NCBI GenBank assembly: GCA_963751055.1
Contig: CAVVTB010000008.1
Location: 107,563 to 171,562 of the forward strand
Direction: 5' to 3'
From: an uncultured Actinomycetota bacterium
GTDB lineage: Bacteria; Actinomycetota; Actinomycetes; Actinomycetales; Microbacteriaceae
DNA length: 64,000 bases
The notes beneath the pieces were generated by a model. It was not told the origin of the DNA. It did no database searches and was given only the letters and a program-made list of their open reading frames with translations. Numbering within the stretch: the first letter of the stretch is position 1; every line of letters begins with the position of its first letter. Shown in pieces: positions 22,243 through 31,137 of this stretch. Both the position numbers and the translations under genes were made by a program.

Positions 22243-23130
22243 TCACCACGTGAGACCGGCGTGACTGCGGTGGAGGTCGCGTCCGATGGCCGCGAGCACC
22301 GCGGCTTCGACGAGATCCCACTCGTGCAGGATGATGGCGGAGTCGAACCGGAGCGTGACGAAGCCGAGGGACATGGCGACTGCGTCTCGCACCAGGTCGA
22401 TGTGCCGGTGGTCGCCGCCGTGGGTACCGCCGTCCGCCTCGAGGATGAGGCAGTCGCCGATGACGAAGTCCACGACTCCGACGCCGGGGATCGACACCTG
22501 ACTCGCCATCGTGATTCCGTGCCGGTGAAGGCGCAGCCTCAGGATCGATTCCAGCCCGCTGTCGGCATCCGATCGCGCGAAGTCGACCAGCCAACGATGC
22601 TCGAGCGGCACCGCCGCCCGCAGCATCGCCTTGCTTTCGTCGGTCACGAGCCCGAGGTTCAGGGCCGACTCCAACCCGGCGAAGAAGGCCTCCGAGCCAC
22701 GGCACCCGAGGATCTGCACAAGGCAGTGCAGGGTTCCGACGCGATGCAGGGTCGGCGGATCTATGGCGATATCCCGATGGAAGACGCAGCACCTCAGATC
22801 TCCGGGATCGGGTTCGACTGCGACACGAACGGGATGACGACTCGGGTCGACCCACGTGTGCACTCGCCCGCTGACGCCGTCGTCGAGCGTCCAGATTCCG
22901 AGGTCGCGGGATGCGGTGACACAGGCCACAGTCCCACAGTGGCTCAGCGACTCGATCACGCTCTCGGCCGTGCCGACGAGCGCATAGACGCCGTTCCGAG
23001 CGCGGCGGAGTCGGCCGAGCCGGACCGCGACGGTGAGTTCTCGCTTACGCACTCCGGCGGCAGTCAGCTCCCTCGTGCGCGCCACGCCACCCTTCCGCTC
23101 AACGGCGGCGACAGCTGAATCAACGGACAC
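22243..23130 (-). CDS. AbiEi-type wHTH plus DUF559 (Vsr/PD-(D/E)XK-like) protein
   Basis: N-terminal GGVARTREL...GRLRRARNGVYA; C-terminal SGLES.LRL...QV...GVVDF..LILEADG.TH...D..RD......GF.TLRF. Confidence 0.85.
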   Translation of the reverse strand: MSVDSAVAAVERKGGVARTRELTAAGVRKRELTVAVRLGRLRRARNGVYALVGTAESVIESLSHCGTVACVTASRDLGIWTLDDGVSGRVHTWVDPSRHPVRVAVEPDPGDLRCCVFHRDIAIDPPTLHRVGTLHCLVQILGCRGSEAFFAGLESALNLGLVTDESKAMLRAAVPLEHRWLVDFARSDADSGLESILRLRLHRHGITMASQVSIPGVGVVDFVIGDCLILEADGGTHGGDHRHIDLVRDAVAMSLGFVTLRFDSAIILHEWDLVEAAVLAAIGRDLHRSHAGLTW

Positions 23131-23240
23131 GGCTCCAGACTCGGTCTACGAGGGCCGCATCCCGCAGGTGAGGCGGAAGTTGGGGATGAATCCGTACTTG
23201 CCGGCGGCTGGGGAGGACCGGTCTCTCCCGATCACCCGCG

Positions 23241-23327
23241 GTGCCGAAAGTCGGGTCGGTCACACGACACGCCGGGCGGCAGCATCCGTCACCGGGGTGT
23301 CGCCGTCGTCGACCCGACTTTCGGAAC
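23241..23327. repeat. 87-bp palindromic element, copy 2 (upstream of the DUF559 gene)
   Basis: CCGAAAGTCGGGTCG...CGACCCGACTTTCGG; same internal GCATCCGTCACCGG and orientation as copy 1. Confidence 0.9.
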
Positions 23328-23400
23328 ACGGCTGTGAGCCGGGCGGCAACGACAGGGCCCCTGAAACGAGCGGATGCTGCGCGAGGCGCGCCCCGCCGGG

Positions 23401-24165
23401 TCACCGCCCGGTCTCGCCGGCCTTCACCACGAGGGACGCGGGAGCGAGGCGGGACAGGCCGACGAGCAGCTTGTAGCGCAGCGACGGGATCGACACCGCC
23501 TTGCCGCGGGCCGAGTCGTGCAGGCCCTCGCGCACGACGTCGGCGGCACTCAGCCACATCGAGGCGGGGATCCCCTCCTGGCCGGGCGGCAGTCCGAGAC
23601 GCTCGTGGAAGTTCGTGTGCACGAAGCCGGGGCAGATGGCCGTGACCGTCACACCGCGCGGCGCGTAGCGCACATTCGCCCAGCGGCTGAAGCTGAGGAC
23701 CCACGCCTTCACGGCGCCGTATGTGCCGCGGGGAATGAAGCCCGCCACCGATGCCACGTTGATGATGCGGCCGCTCCCCCGCGCGAGCATCGGCCCGAGG
23801 GCAGCATGCGCGAGGCGCATCGGCGCCTCGACGTGGAGTTGAAGGTGGCGTGCCTCGTCCTCGATGTCGTTCCGCTCGAACGCGAGCGGAAGTCCGTAAC
23901 CCGCGCTGTTGATGAGGATCTCGACGGGGCGCTGCTCGTCCTGGAGCCGCTTCACGACCTTGTCGCGCTGCCGCGGGACCGTGAGGTCGGCCACCAGCAC
24001 CTCCACTTCCACGCCGGCGGTCTCCCGCAGTCGCGCGGCGACCGCGTCGAGCGCATCCTTGTCACGCGCCACGAGGACGAGGTCGGCGCCCCGATCCGCG
24101 AGCTGGCGGGCGAACTCGACGCCGAGTCCCGAGCTGGCGCCGGTGATGAGAGCGGTCTTGGCCAT
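23401..24165 (-). CDS. Short-chain dehydrogenase/reductase, copy A
   Basis: TALITGASSGLG, NSAG, YGAVK; true start ATG 24165 lies inside the longer ORF-track call. Confidence 0.92.
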   Translation of the reverse strand: MAKTALITGASSGLGVEFARQLADRGADLVLVARDKDALDAVAARLRETAGVEVEVLVADLTVPRQRDKVVKRLQDEQRPVEILINSAGYGLPLAFERNDIEDEARHLQLHVEAPMRLAHAALGPMLARGSGRIINVASVAGFIPRGTYGAVKAWVLSFSRWANVRYAPRGVTVTAICPGFVHTNFHERLGLPPGQEGIPASMWLSAADVVREGLHDSARGKAVSIPSLRYKLLVGLSRLAPASLVVKAGETGR

Positions 24166-24269
24166 GGCCACGAGCCTAAGCGGCCGAGAGAGTCTGCTCG
24201 GACCGACGAACACGAGCTGAGGCACATCGTTCGGGATGCCGGTGAGCGCCTGCATCCATCGCGATGGGG

Positions 24270-25034
24270 TCAGAGCCGCGTCCCGCCGAACCGCGCGAGA
24301 AGTGACATCGGGACCAGGCGGCTGAGTCCGAGCAGCAGCTTGTACCTCCGCGAAGGGATCGACACCGCTCGGCCCCTCGCGGCGTCGCGAAGGCCCTCGC
24401 GCACGACGTGTGGCGCGTCGAGCCAGAGGGCGCCCGGGATCCCCTCCCGACCCGGCGGCAGGCCGAGCCGCTCCTGGAACTTCGTGTGCACGAAACCCGG
24501 TGCGACCGCCGTCACCGTGACGCCACGGGGTGAATACCGCACATTCGCCCAGCGGCTGAAGCTGACCACCCATGCCTTCGCCGCGCCGTACGTCCCCCAC
24601 GGAGTGAACGCGGCAATCGAGGCGACGTTGACGATGCGGCCGCTCCCCCGCGCGAGCATCGGCCCGAGCGCGGCGTGGGTCAGCCGCAGCGGCGCCTCGA
24701 CGTGCACCGCGAGGTGATCCGCCTCGTCCTCGATGTCGTTGCGCTCGAAGCCGAGCGGCAGGCCGTAGCCGGCGTTGTTGACGAGCACTTCGATCGGGTG
24801 CTCCTCGTCTTCGAGGCGTCGCACCACCTCGTGACGCTGATCAGGGATCCTCAGGTCGACGACGAGCACCTCGACGTCCACGCCGAACGTCTCGCGCAGT
24901 CGTGCAGCGACCGCGCGGAGTTCGTCCTCATCGGGGGCGACCAGGACGAGGTCGGCGCCGCGCTGCGCGAGCTGGCGCGCGAACTCCGCGCCGAGTCCCG
25001 AACTCGCGCCCGTGATCAGCGCGGACTTGACCAT
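24270..25034 (-). CDS. Short-chain dehydrogenase/reductase, copy B (tandem paralog)
   Basis: SALITGASSGLG, NNAG, YGAAK; collinear with copy A. Confidence 0.92.
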   Translation of the reverse strand: MVKSALITGASSGLGAEFARQLAQRGADLVLVAPDEDELRAVAARLRETFGVDVEVLVVDLRIPDQRHEVVRRLEDEEHPIEVLVNNAGYGLPLGFERNDIEDEADHLAVHVEAPLRLTHAALGPMLARGSGRIVNVASIAAFTPWGTYGAAKAWVVSFSRWANVRYSPRGVTVTAVAPGFVHTKFQERLGLPPGREGIPGALWLDAPHVVREGLRDAARGRAVSIPSRRYKLLLGLSRLVPMSLLARFGGTRL

Positions 25035-25070
25035 GTCCACGAGCCTAGGGCGCGGGGCTGCGCCCGACGC

Positions 25071-25829
25071 CTACGGCGCCACCCGGCCGTTCGCGTTGAA
25101 CGCGGCGTGCGTGAGCGGCATGAGGCCGGTCCAGATCGCCTCCATCTTCTCGGCGCACATCTCTATCTCACGCTGCGGGAACGACGGGAAGTGCGTGCCC
25201 TCCACCTTCGTCCGCAGCGAGAGGAAGTTCATGAGCGAACGAGCGTTCACGGTGACGTACATCGATGAGTAGATGTTGAGGGGAAGCACGATGCGCGCGA
25301 CCTCGCGGGCGACGCCTGCCTCCAGCATCCGCTGATATGCCTCGAACGCGAAGGTCGCGACATCGCGTGTGGCGACGTCGACGAGCGCGTACTGCTCGTC
25401 GCTGCCCGGAAGGAACTCGTACGCGCCGGGCCTGCCGACCTGCACCAGATTGCGCTCGCGAGCCGGGACGTAGAACACCGGACGCAGCTCGCGGTAGCGG
25501 CCGGATTCCTCGTTGTACGAGGCGATCCGGTGGCGCATGAACTCGCGGAAGACGAAGATCGGCGCCTGCACGTAGAAGGTCATCGAGTTGTGCTCGAACG
25601 GCGAGCCGTGGCGATCGCGCATCAGGTAGTTGATGAGGCCGCGGTCACGCGCAGTCGCCTCGGTGCCCGCGGCGGCGTCCTCGAGGGTCTGCTCCCCCTG
25701 GGTGGACACCCGGGCGGCGAAGAGCACGTCGGAATCAGATGCGCTCGAGCGGACGATCTCCACCGTCACGTCACTGCGGAACTCGATCTCGGGCTGGGTG
25801 GGCGCGGTGTCATCGGTCACGCGAGCCAC
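25071..25829 (-). CDS. thyX: FAD-dependent thymidylate synthase
   Basis: HGSPFEH and RHRIASYNEESGRY signature. Confidence 0.96.
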   Translation of the reverse strand: MARVTDDTAPTQPEIEFRSDVTVEIVRSSASDSDVLFAARVSTQGEQTLEDAAAGTEATARDRGLINYLMRDRHGSPFEHNSMTFYVQAPIFVFREFMRHRIASYNEESGRYRELRPVFYVPARERNLVQVGRPGAYEFLPGSDEQYALVDVATRDVATFAFEAYQRMLEAGVAREVARIVLPLNIYSSMYVTVNARSLMNFLSLRTKVEGTHFPSFPQREIEMCAEKMEAIWTGLMPLTHAAFNANGRVAP

Positions 25830-25915
25830 CTTACCGGCGACGCTCTGTTACGACCTCGCGTCATACTCGTTGCATCCGGGTTCTATTCAGGTGCAACGAG
25901 ATACTGTGATCAGTT

Positions 25916-26353
25916 GTGACCTACGTGAGCGCTCTCATAGGCCTCGCCCTCCTCTTGACGGCGACGGTCGCCGTCGGCGTCTACATGCAGTGGCGGCAGG
26001 GCCGCCCGCGTCGCCACATCGTCCACGAGGTCGTCCAGCCGTGGCGCCTGGGCGCCGATGCCATCGGCGAAGTCGCGACGCTCCTGCAGTTCAGCACCGA
26101 GCTGTGCGCGCGTTGCCCGGGGGTCCACCGGACCCTCTCTGCATTCGCGGACGACCATGACGGCGTGCGTCACCTCGATGTCGACCTGACCCACCGCCCC
26201 GATATCGCCAAGCACTTCCACATCCTGCAGACCCCGACGACCCTCGTGCTCGATGGGCACGGCGTCGTGCGGACCCGCTTCGGCGGGGTCCCCAGCCGGG
26301 ATGTCCTCGAACTCGAGCTGAACCGTCTCACCGGGGAGAACGCCAATGTCTGA
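25916..26353 (+). CDS. Membrane-anchored thioredoxin-like protein
   Basis: N-terminal TM, QFSTELCARC (CxxC), QTPT cis-Pro motif. Confidence 0.85.
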   Translation: MTYVSALIGLALLLTATVAVGVYMQWRQGRPRRHIVHEVVQPWRLGADAIGEVATLLQFSTELCARCPGVHRTLSAFADDHDGVRHLDVDLTHRPDIAKHFHILQTPTTLVLDGHGVVRTRFGGVPSRDVLELELNRLTGENANV

Positions 26354-26873
26354 CCGATCGGATGCTGCGCCCCGGCCCCGTGGGATCGATCCGCGCGGTC
26401 CGCGCTTCGCCGCGGGGATCACGTCGGTCCTGCTGCTCATCGCCGCCTTCCTCGGGCTGACCGGCCTCTCGACGTCCGCCGATCTGGCGTCCGCGACTGT
26501 CGCAGAGCGCTTCATCGACCCGGCGTTCCTCCTCCTCCTCGTCACCTCGCTCCTCTTCCTGTGGGGCGTCATCTCGCCGCGCACAGCGCCGTGGGGCGTG
26601 CTGTTCCGCGCACTGGTGCAGCCGCGGCTCTCCCCTCCCACCGACCTCGAGGATCCTCGACCGCCGCGCTTCGCGCAGGGCGTGGGGCTCTTCGTGGTCG
26701 GCGCCGGTCTGGTGCTGCACCTGCTCGGCGTTCCGTGGGCGCTGCCGATCGCGGCGGCGATGGCGTTCATCGCGGCATTCCTCAACGCCGTCTTCGGCCT
26801 GTGCCTCGGGTGCCAGCTCTACCTCCTGCTCCAGCGAGCGGGAGTCGTGGGCCGCGAGCGCGCCACCGCCTGA
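26346..26873 (+). CDS. DUF4395 membrane protein
   Basis: IDPRGPRFAA, PPRFAQGVG, AFLNAVFGLCLGC. Confidence 0.88.
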   Translation: MSDRSDAAPRPRGIDPRGPRFAAGITSVLLLIAAFLGLTGLSTSADLASATVAERFIDPAFLLLLVTSLLFLWGVISPRTAPWGVLFRALVQPRLSPPTDLEDPRPPRFAQGVGLFVVGAGLVLHLLGVPWALPIAAAMAFIAAFLNAVFGLCLGCQLYLLLQRAGVVGRERATA

Positions 26874-26898
26874 GCGACGCCTCGATCCCGTCACCCCT

Positions 26899-26988
26899 GT
26901 TCCGAAAGTCGGGTCGGTGACGACGACACGCCGGTGACGGATTGTGGGGTGACCCGGCGTGTCGGGTGACGGACCCGACTTTCGGCGC
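26899..26988. repeat. Palindromic element, copy 3 (solo, opposite orientation)
   Basis: GTTCCGAAAGTCGGGTC...CGACACGCCGGTGACGGAT...GGCGTGTCG...GACCCGACTTTCGG; CCGGTGACGGAT is the reverse complement of the core in copies 1 and 2. Confidence 0.88.
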
Positions 26989-27097
26989 CGGGCCAGCGGC
27001 CGACCGGGTGTCAACCGGTCGCGCTCCGGCATCCGCCTTGGTTAGGCTGACCGCGATGCGCCCGGATGGCGGGCGCGCGTCGACACAGGAGGCACCT

Positions 27098-27523
27098 ATG
27101 ACCGTCACGAGCGAAGCCACTGCCGCCTGGAAGGGCAACCTCTTCAACGGGTCGGGCACCGTCGCCCTCGTGTCATCCGGTCTTGCCACGTTCGATGTGA
27201 ACTGGAAGGCCCGCAGCGAAGGCTCGGCGGGGATCACGACCCCCGAGGAGCTTCTCGCCGCCGCGCACTCGTCGTGCTTCAACATGGCGTTCTCGCTCGC
27301 CCTCGATGAGAACGGCACCCCACCGGAGTCGATCGAGACGACCGCCTCGGTGACCTTCAAGGCGGGCACCGGCATCACCGGCAGCCACCTCAACGTCAAC
27401 GCCGTCGTTCCCGGGATCAGCCCCGAGGATTTCGAGCGGATCGCGCAGAGCGCCAAGGCCGGGTGCCCGGTCTCGCAAGCCCTCGCAGGCGTCGAGATCA
27501 CCATCGAGGCGACGCTTGCCTGA
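27098..27523 (+). CDS. osmC: OsmC peroxiredoxin
   Basis: TPEELLAAAHSSCF, AKAGCPVSQAL; AGGAGG RBS. Confidence 0.93.
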   Translation: MTVTSEATAAWKGNLFNGSGTVALVSSGLATFDVNWKARSEGSAGITTPEELLAAAHSSCFNMAFSLALDENGTPPESIETTASVTFKAGTGITGSHLNVNAVVPGISPEDFERIAQSAKAGCPVSQALAGVEITIEATLA

Positions 27524-28502
27524 ACCCGCTGACAGACGGGGCGGCCCTCGCCGCGTCGTCGTCGCGGGCGCGTCGGGGCTCATCGGCTCGGCGCTCGTCG
27601 GGAGCCTCCGTGCCGATGGCGTGGAGGTCACCACTCTCGTCCGCCGGCCGCCCGAGCGCCCGGGCGAGGTCGAGTGGCTCACCGGACCGGAACCGCTCGA
27701 CCCTGCGGTCCTCGAGGGTGCCCAAGCGGTCGTGGGTCTGAACGGCGCGAACCTCGGCCGGTTCCCGTGGACGGCGTCATACCGCAACACACTTCTCTGG
27801 TCGCGGATCACCCCCACCCGGGCGATCGCACGCGCGGTGCGGCAGCTGGGGACGGATGCCCCGCCCTTCGTCTCTGCGTCAGCGGTCGGCTACTACGGCT
27901 CGGCGCCCGGCCGGCGCCTCACCGAGGACGCCGCGAGGGGCGAGTCGTTCCTGGCCGACCTCTGCGGCGAGTGGGAGAGTGCCGCGCTCGCGGCCGGCGA
28001 TCACGCGCGCGTCGCTCTCCTGCGCACTTCACTGGTCATCCACCGCCGAGGTGTGCTCAAGCCGCTGCTGCTGCTCACCCAGCTGGGCCTGGGCGGGCGC
28101 ATCGGCCAGGGCACGCAGGTGTGGCCGTGGATCTCGCTCGACGACGAGGTCCGGGCGATCCGGCACGTGATCGACTCCGATGTCTCGGGCCCGGTCAACC
28201 TCGCCGGACCCACCAGGGCAACGGCCAACGACGTCTGCTTCGCCCTCGCCGTGCGGATGAACCGCCCATTCCTCCTGTGGGCGCCGGCCGGGGGGATCAA
28301 GCTCGTGCTCGGTGCAGATGCCACCGACGCGATCATCACGGCGGACATGAACGTCGTGCCTGCAGTCCTCGAGGAATCCGGCTTCTCTTTCATCCACTCG
28401 ACCGTCGAGGATGCCATCGCCAGCGCCGTGCCGTCCGGCGGGCGATTCCGCCTAGCGCGCACCCCTCGCGGTCGATCACCGGCGCCTGCGGAAGCGCGCT
28501 GA
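27516..28502 (+). CDS. TIGR01777 family NAD-dependent epimerase (DUF1731)
   Basis: AGASGLIG, SASAVGYYG, FLADLCGEWE, WPWISLDD. Confidence 0.9.
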   Translation: MPEPADRRGGPRRVVVAGASGLIGSALVGSLRADGVEVTTLVRRPPERPGEVEWLTGPEPLDPAVLEGAQAVVGLNGANLGRFPWTASYRNTLLWSRITPTRAIARAVRQLGTDAPPFVSASAVGYYGSAPGRRLTEDAARGESFLADLCGEWESAALAAGDHARVALLRTSLVIHRRGVLKPLLLLTQLGLGGRIGQGTQVWPWISLDDEVRAIRHVIDSDVSGPVNLAGPTRATANDVCFALAVRMNRPFLLWAPAGGIKLVLGADATDAIITADMNVVPAVLEESGFSFIHSTVEDAIASAVPSGGRFRLARTPRGRSPAPAEAR

Positions 28503-28686
28503 ACATGAGGCAGCCTGCATAGCGCTGTCCCTCGTCAGGTCTCTTCGCGGCAATTGCCGCAGCGAGACCGAGTTCGCCGTCCATGTCCGCTCACCCGTAT
28601 CCTCTCTTGTTTCCACCAAAATCACTTTGACAAGAAACACGGTAGTCGGGGCCTCAGACATCGGTGGATGGGTAAAGTGCCTTTTG

Positions 28687-29307
28687 ATGGAAACAGTCGA
28701 GGATGTCACCAGGCTGCGCCTCGTCGGCGGCGACCTGGCGCTCGACTTCGTCAACACGAGGAGCGGCCCGCCCGTGGGACCGCCCGACGATGACGTGATG
28801 GTCGGGTACCGCGAGCTGGTGTCGTGGGCCGTCTACGCGGGCGCGCTCACGGAGGCGGATGCAGCGAAGCTGCGCCGCCTCGCGAACAGGGACCCCGACG
28901 CCGCCGATGCTGTCTTCGCGCACTCGCTGCGGATGCGTGACGACCTCGACGCGATCTTCCGCCCGCTCGCCGCTGACCGGCGTCCGAGCTCGGCGGCCCT
29001 GAGCCGGCTGCGTGACGACGAGGCGGATGCGCTCGCCCACGCTCACCTGGAGCGCGGGAGCGCGTTCGAATGGAGCTGGCGGGATGACCGCTCCCTCGGG
29101 CGTCCCGCTCGGATCGTCGCCCACGCCGCCGTTCAGCTGCTGACCGCCGGCGAACTGGACCGGCTCAAGGTCTGCGGCGGCTGCCGATTCCTCTTCATCG
29201 ACGAGAGCAAGAACCGCAGTCGCCGGTGGTGCAGCATGGACGACTGCGGAACCACGGAGAAGGTGCGCAGGTACGTCGCCGCGCGACGGCTGAAGGCCAC
29301 GCGCTGA
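28687..29307 (+). CDS. ABATE / CGNR zinc-finger protein
   Basis: LALDFVNT, RLKVC..C..LFIDESKNRSRRWCSM..CG...K. Confidence 0.9.
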   Translation: METVEDVTRLRLVGGDLALDFVNTRSGPPVGPPDDDVMVGYRELVSWAVYAGALTEADAAKLRRLANRDPDAADAVFAHSLRMRDDLDAIFRPLAADRRPSSAALSRLRDDEADALAHAHLERGSAFEWSWRDDRSLGRPARIVAHAAVQLLTAGELDRLKVCGGCRFLFIDESKNRSRRWCSMDDCGTTEKVRRYVAARRLKATR

Positions 29308-29317
29308 GCAGCCGCGC

Positions 29318-29767
29318 TCAGGCGCGGCGCTCCTCCGACTCCAGGCGGATCGCGCGCCGCACCGCATCCCGCGCCCGCCTGCGATCGCCGGCGGCGTCGT
29401 AGGCGAGTCCGAGCCGGTACCACGCTCGCCAGTCCTCGGGGTTGGCCTCGGCATCCGCCCGATGCACCGGGAAGACGGCATCCGCATCATCACGCAGCAC
29501 TCGGCCGCTGGGACGGACGCCCACCTGGTCGCTCGGGAGTCCGCCCTCGGACTCGAGCCGGCGGCCCAGCTGCTGCGCCCGCACGCCGAACCACAGCTCG
29601 CGTCCCAGCGCCCACGCGGCGATGATCGGCAGCACGATCAGCGCGACGCCGATGGCGATCCCGACCGCCTCGCCCGATGTCAGCAGCAGCCACGCGCGCT
29701 GGCCGACGAGCACGATGTACAGCGCGAGCAGCACCGCCATGACGGCGGCGCCGATCCGTGCGCTCAT
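29318..29767 (-). CDS. Membrane protein with a TPR-like C-terminus (dapB operon)
   Basis: Two TM helices, P.DWRAWYRLGLAYDAAGDRRRAR; overlaps the dapB stop. Confidence 0.85.
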   Translation of the reverse strand: MSARIGAAVMAVLLALYIVLVGQRAWLLLTSGEAVGIAIGVALIVLPIIAAWALGRELWFGVRAQQLGRRLESEGGLPSDQVGVRPSGRVLRDDADAVFPVHRADAEANPEDWRAWYRLGLAYDAAGDRRRARDAVRRAIRLESEERRA

Positions 29768-30582
29768 GCTCCGGTGGCGCGCGCGACCTGTCCGGGCACC
29801 CCGCCCTCGTCGACGGGCTGGAGCGAGGCCGGGCTCGTCCCGGGGGTGCGGATGCCGATGTCGAGGAAGCTGTCGAGGCCGACCACGACTCCGGTCGCGT
29901 CGCGAGCTGCCGCAAGGGCGATCCGGATGCCCGGACCATACGCGAGGGCGGGCTCGATCGTGTCATGCACGATCGTGAGGGACTCCCCCGCCCCGGCGAG
30001 AATCGTCTCCTGCCGGGCCAGCACGCCGGGCCTGCGGAGAGAGTGGATCGGGACGCTCGCCACCTGCTGGCCACGAGCGCGCTGATCGACGTGCGGCGAC
30101 TCGACGGGGCCGACACCGGCACGCGCGGCAGCGATGAGCTCGGCGGTCCGCACGGCGGTGCCGCTCGGCGAGTCCACCTTCGTCTCGCGGTGCGCCTCGA
30201 CGATCTCGATCGACGGGAAGAACGGCGCCGCAGCGGCGGCCAGCGCGGAGCCGAGCACGGATCCGAGGGAGAAGTTCGGGATGAACACGGCGCCCGTGCC
30301 CGCGGCGTCGACAAGGGGACGCACCAGGGCGATCCGCTCCGCGGACCACCCTGAGGTGCCGACCAGGACGTTCAGGCCGCGCTCGATGGCTGCGCGGACG
30401 ACGTCGATCGACACGGCGGGAGTCGATGCATCGACGACGAGATCGGCACCGTCCAGCTCGGAGAGCTCGGAACGCGAAGAGAGGGTCGCCACGAGTTCGA
30501 AGCCGTCCGCTTCGTCGACCACCCCGCGGATGATCCCCCCGAGCTTGCCGGTGCCGCCCACGATGGCCACGCGCGTCGTCAT
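29764..30582 (-). CDS. dapB: 4-hydroxy-tetrahydrodipicolinate reductase
   Basis: GGTGKLG, VGTSGW, PNFSLG, EAHRETKVDSPSGTA. Confidence 0.95.
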   Translation of the reverse strand: MTTRVAIVGGTGKLGGIIRGVVDEADGFELVATLSSRSELSELDGADLVVDASTPAVSIDVVRAAIERGLNVLVGTSGWSAERIALVRPLVDAAGTGAVFIPNFSLGSVLGSALAAAAAPFFPSIEIVEAHRETKVDSPSGTAVRTAELIAAARAGVGPVESPHVDQRARGQQVASVPIHSLRRPGVLARQETILAGAGESLTIVHDTIEPALAYGPGIRIALAAARDATGVVVGLDSFLDIGIRTPGTSPASLQPVDEGGVPGQVARATGA

Positions 30583-30642
30583 GCCGTCCATCCTAGGCGG
30601 GCCCGCGCCGGCTCCTCCCGTCCCGCGGCCTACGCTGGTGGG

Positions 30643-31137
30643 GTGGTCACGATCCGCCAATCCCCTGTCGACGCGCCCGACGCCCATGCTCTCCTCGCCG
30701 AGTACTTCTCATCGCGCGAGATCGGGTTCGCCCATCAGAACGTGGTCTACACGACGACGTTCCCGGCGCCCTCGGCGTTCGAACCGCCGGCCGGAGTGTT
30801 CGTCGTGGTGGATGACGAGAACGGCACGCCGATGGGATGCGGCGGCATCCGTCTCATCGCCGACGGCGCGAACGGGCGGCGCTACGAGGTCAAGCACCTG
30901 TACCTGCGTCCCGAGACACGCGGACGCGGGTGGGGACGTCTGCTGCTGGAGGACCTCGAGCGGCGCGCGGTCGCCTTCGGAGCGAACGAGCTCGTGCTCG
31001 ACACGCATCACTCGCTCGAGGCGGCGGGCGGGCTCTATGCGAGCTCGGGGTTCGTGCAGGTGGCGCCGTACAACGACAATCCCAACGCGTCGCGCTGGTA
31101 TGCGAAGACGCTCCGCGAGGGGCCTCAGACGGGGTAG
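30643..31137 (+). CDS. GNAT acetyltransferase
   Basis: GCGG.R, EVKHLYL, RGRGWG, PYNDNP. Confidence 0.88.
   Translation: MVTIRQSPVDAPDAHALLAEYFSSREIGFAHQNVVYTTTFPAPSAFEPPAGVFVVVDDENGTPMGCGGIRLIADGANGRRYEVKHLYLRPETRGRGWGRLLLEDLERRAVAFGANELVLDTHHSLEAAGGLYASSGFVQVAPYNDNPNASRWYAKTLREGPQTG

Noticed and set aside
22243-23130. Type IV toxin-antitoxin (AbiE) system
   Set aside because: No adjacent AbiEii nucleotidyltransferase; the C-terminal domain is DUF559-like.
23401-24600. 399-aa extended SDR ORF
   Set aside because: The upstream part is an off-frame read through the neighbouring SDR paralog; the true start is 24165.
22126-26988. Repeats considered as a CRISPR array or IS ends
   Set aside because: The copies are dispersed, have no regular spacers, and no cas or transposase gene is present.
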